64,000 nucleotides of DNA, taken from assembly GCA_024137785.1 (NCBI GenBank), contig JAHRHZ010000075.1, positions 4,949,068 to 5,013,067 of the forward strand, read 5' to 3'. Position numbers and translations under genes: made by a program. The number at the start of each line of letters is the position of its first letter. Positions within the stretch are counted from its first letter, which is position 1. This DNA is from Ginglymostoma cirratum (lineage: Eukaryota). Below the pieces are notes generated by a model. The model saw nothing but the letters and a program-made list of their open reading frames with translations, did not search any database and had not been told where the DNA came from. Shown here piece by piece: positions 63,701 through 64,000 of the stretch.

Positions 63701-64000
63701 CAGAATTTGTTGTCCTCTATGTTATCTCCCCTGGGTGAGTGCATTGCTGCAGACTGTGGGTGTGCACGGACCCTATGGGTCACAAAGTTATGCTAAATGG
63801 TGAAGCGGAACCTGCGACCTGAAGGAATGGATGGCCGTCCTGATCCAGTAGCTGTCAAGGGCTGTTACCCAATGTCATTTTATGTCAGATTACACTGCTT
63901 CACCTCATTTCCCTGTGACAAGGATGCAGTAATAGGCTTTACCAATGTTACCGGTCTTGCCAAGAATACCTTCCAGCAATGTTTAAAGTGTACTGCTGAA

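Overview
Repeat-rich, CpG-depleted, non-coding eukaryotic DNA (large intron or intergenic). The repeat families (CR1 LINEs, V-SINE/HE1-type and Deu-type SINEs, Neptune-like Penelope elements) point to a cartilaginous fish, probably a shark; this is an inference. No host protein-coding exon could be supported. All recognisable ORF fragments are degenerate retroelement or transposon proteins (PLE RT and GIY-YIG, CR1 ORF1/ORF2, probable Harbinger and Gypsy relics). There is a 400-N assembly gap at 37637-38036. The most striking signal is a window-wide set of more than a dozen Penelope 3' termini from three sequence families carrying minimal type I hammerhead-ribozyme cores (CUGANGA-A-stem II-GAAA-palindromic helix III-cleavage triplet). 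They occur (i) as tiny autonomous-looking 60-250 bp insertions with 10-17 bp target-site duplications, (ii) as head-to-head palindromes folded back exactly at the ribozyme, and (iii) as 1-4 kb inverted-repeat insertions, one nested inside another. All alignments were made by eye, and boundaries of old repeats are approximate.
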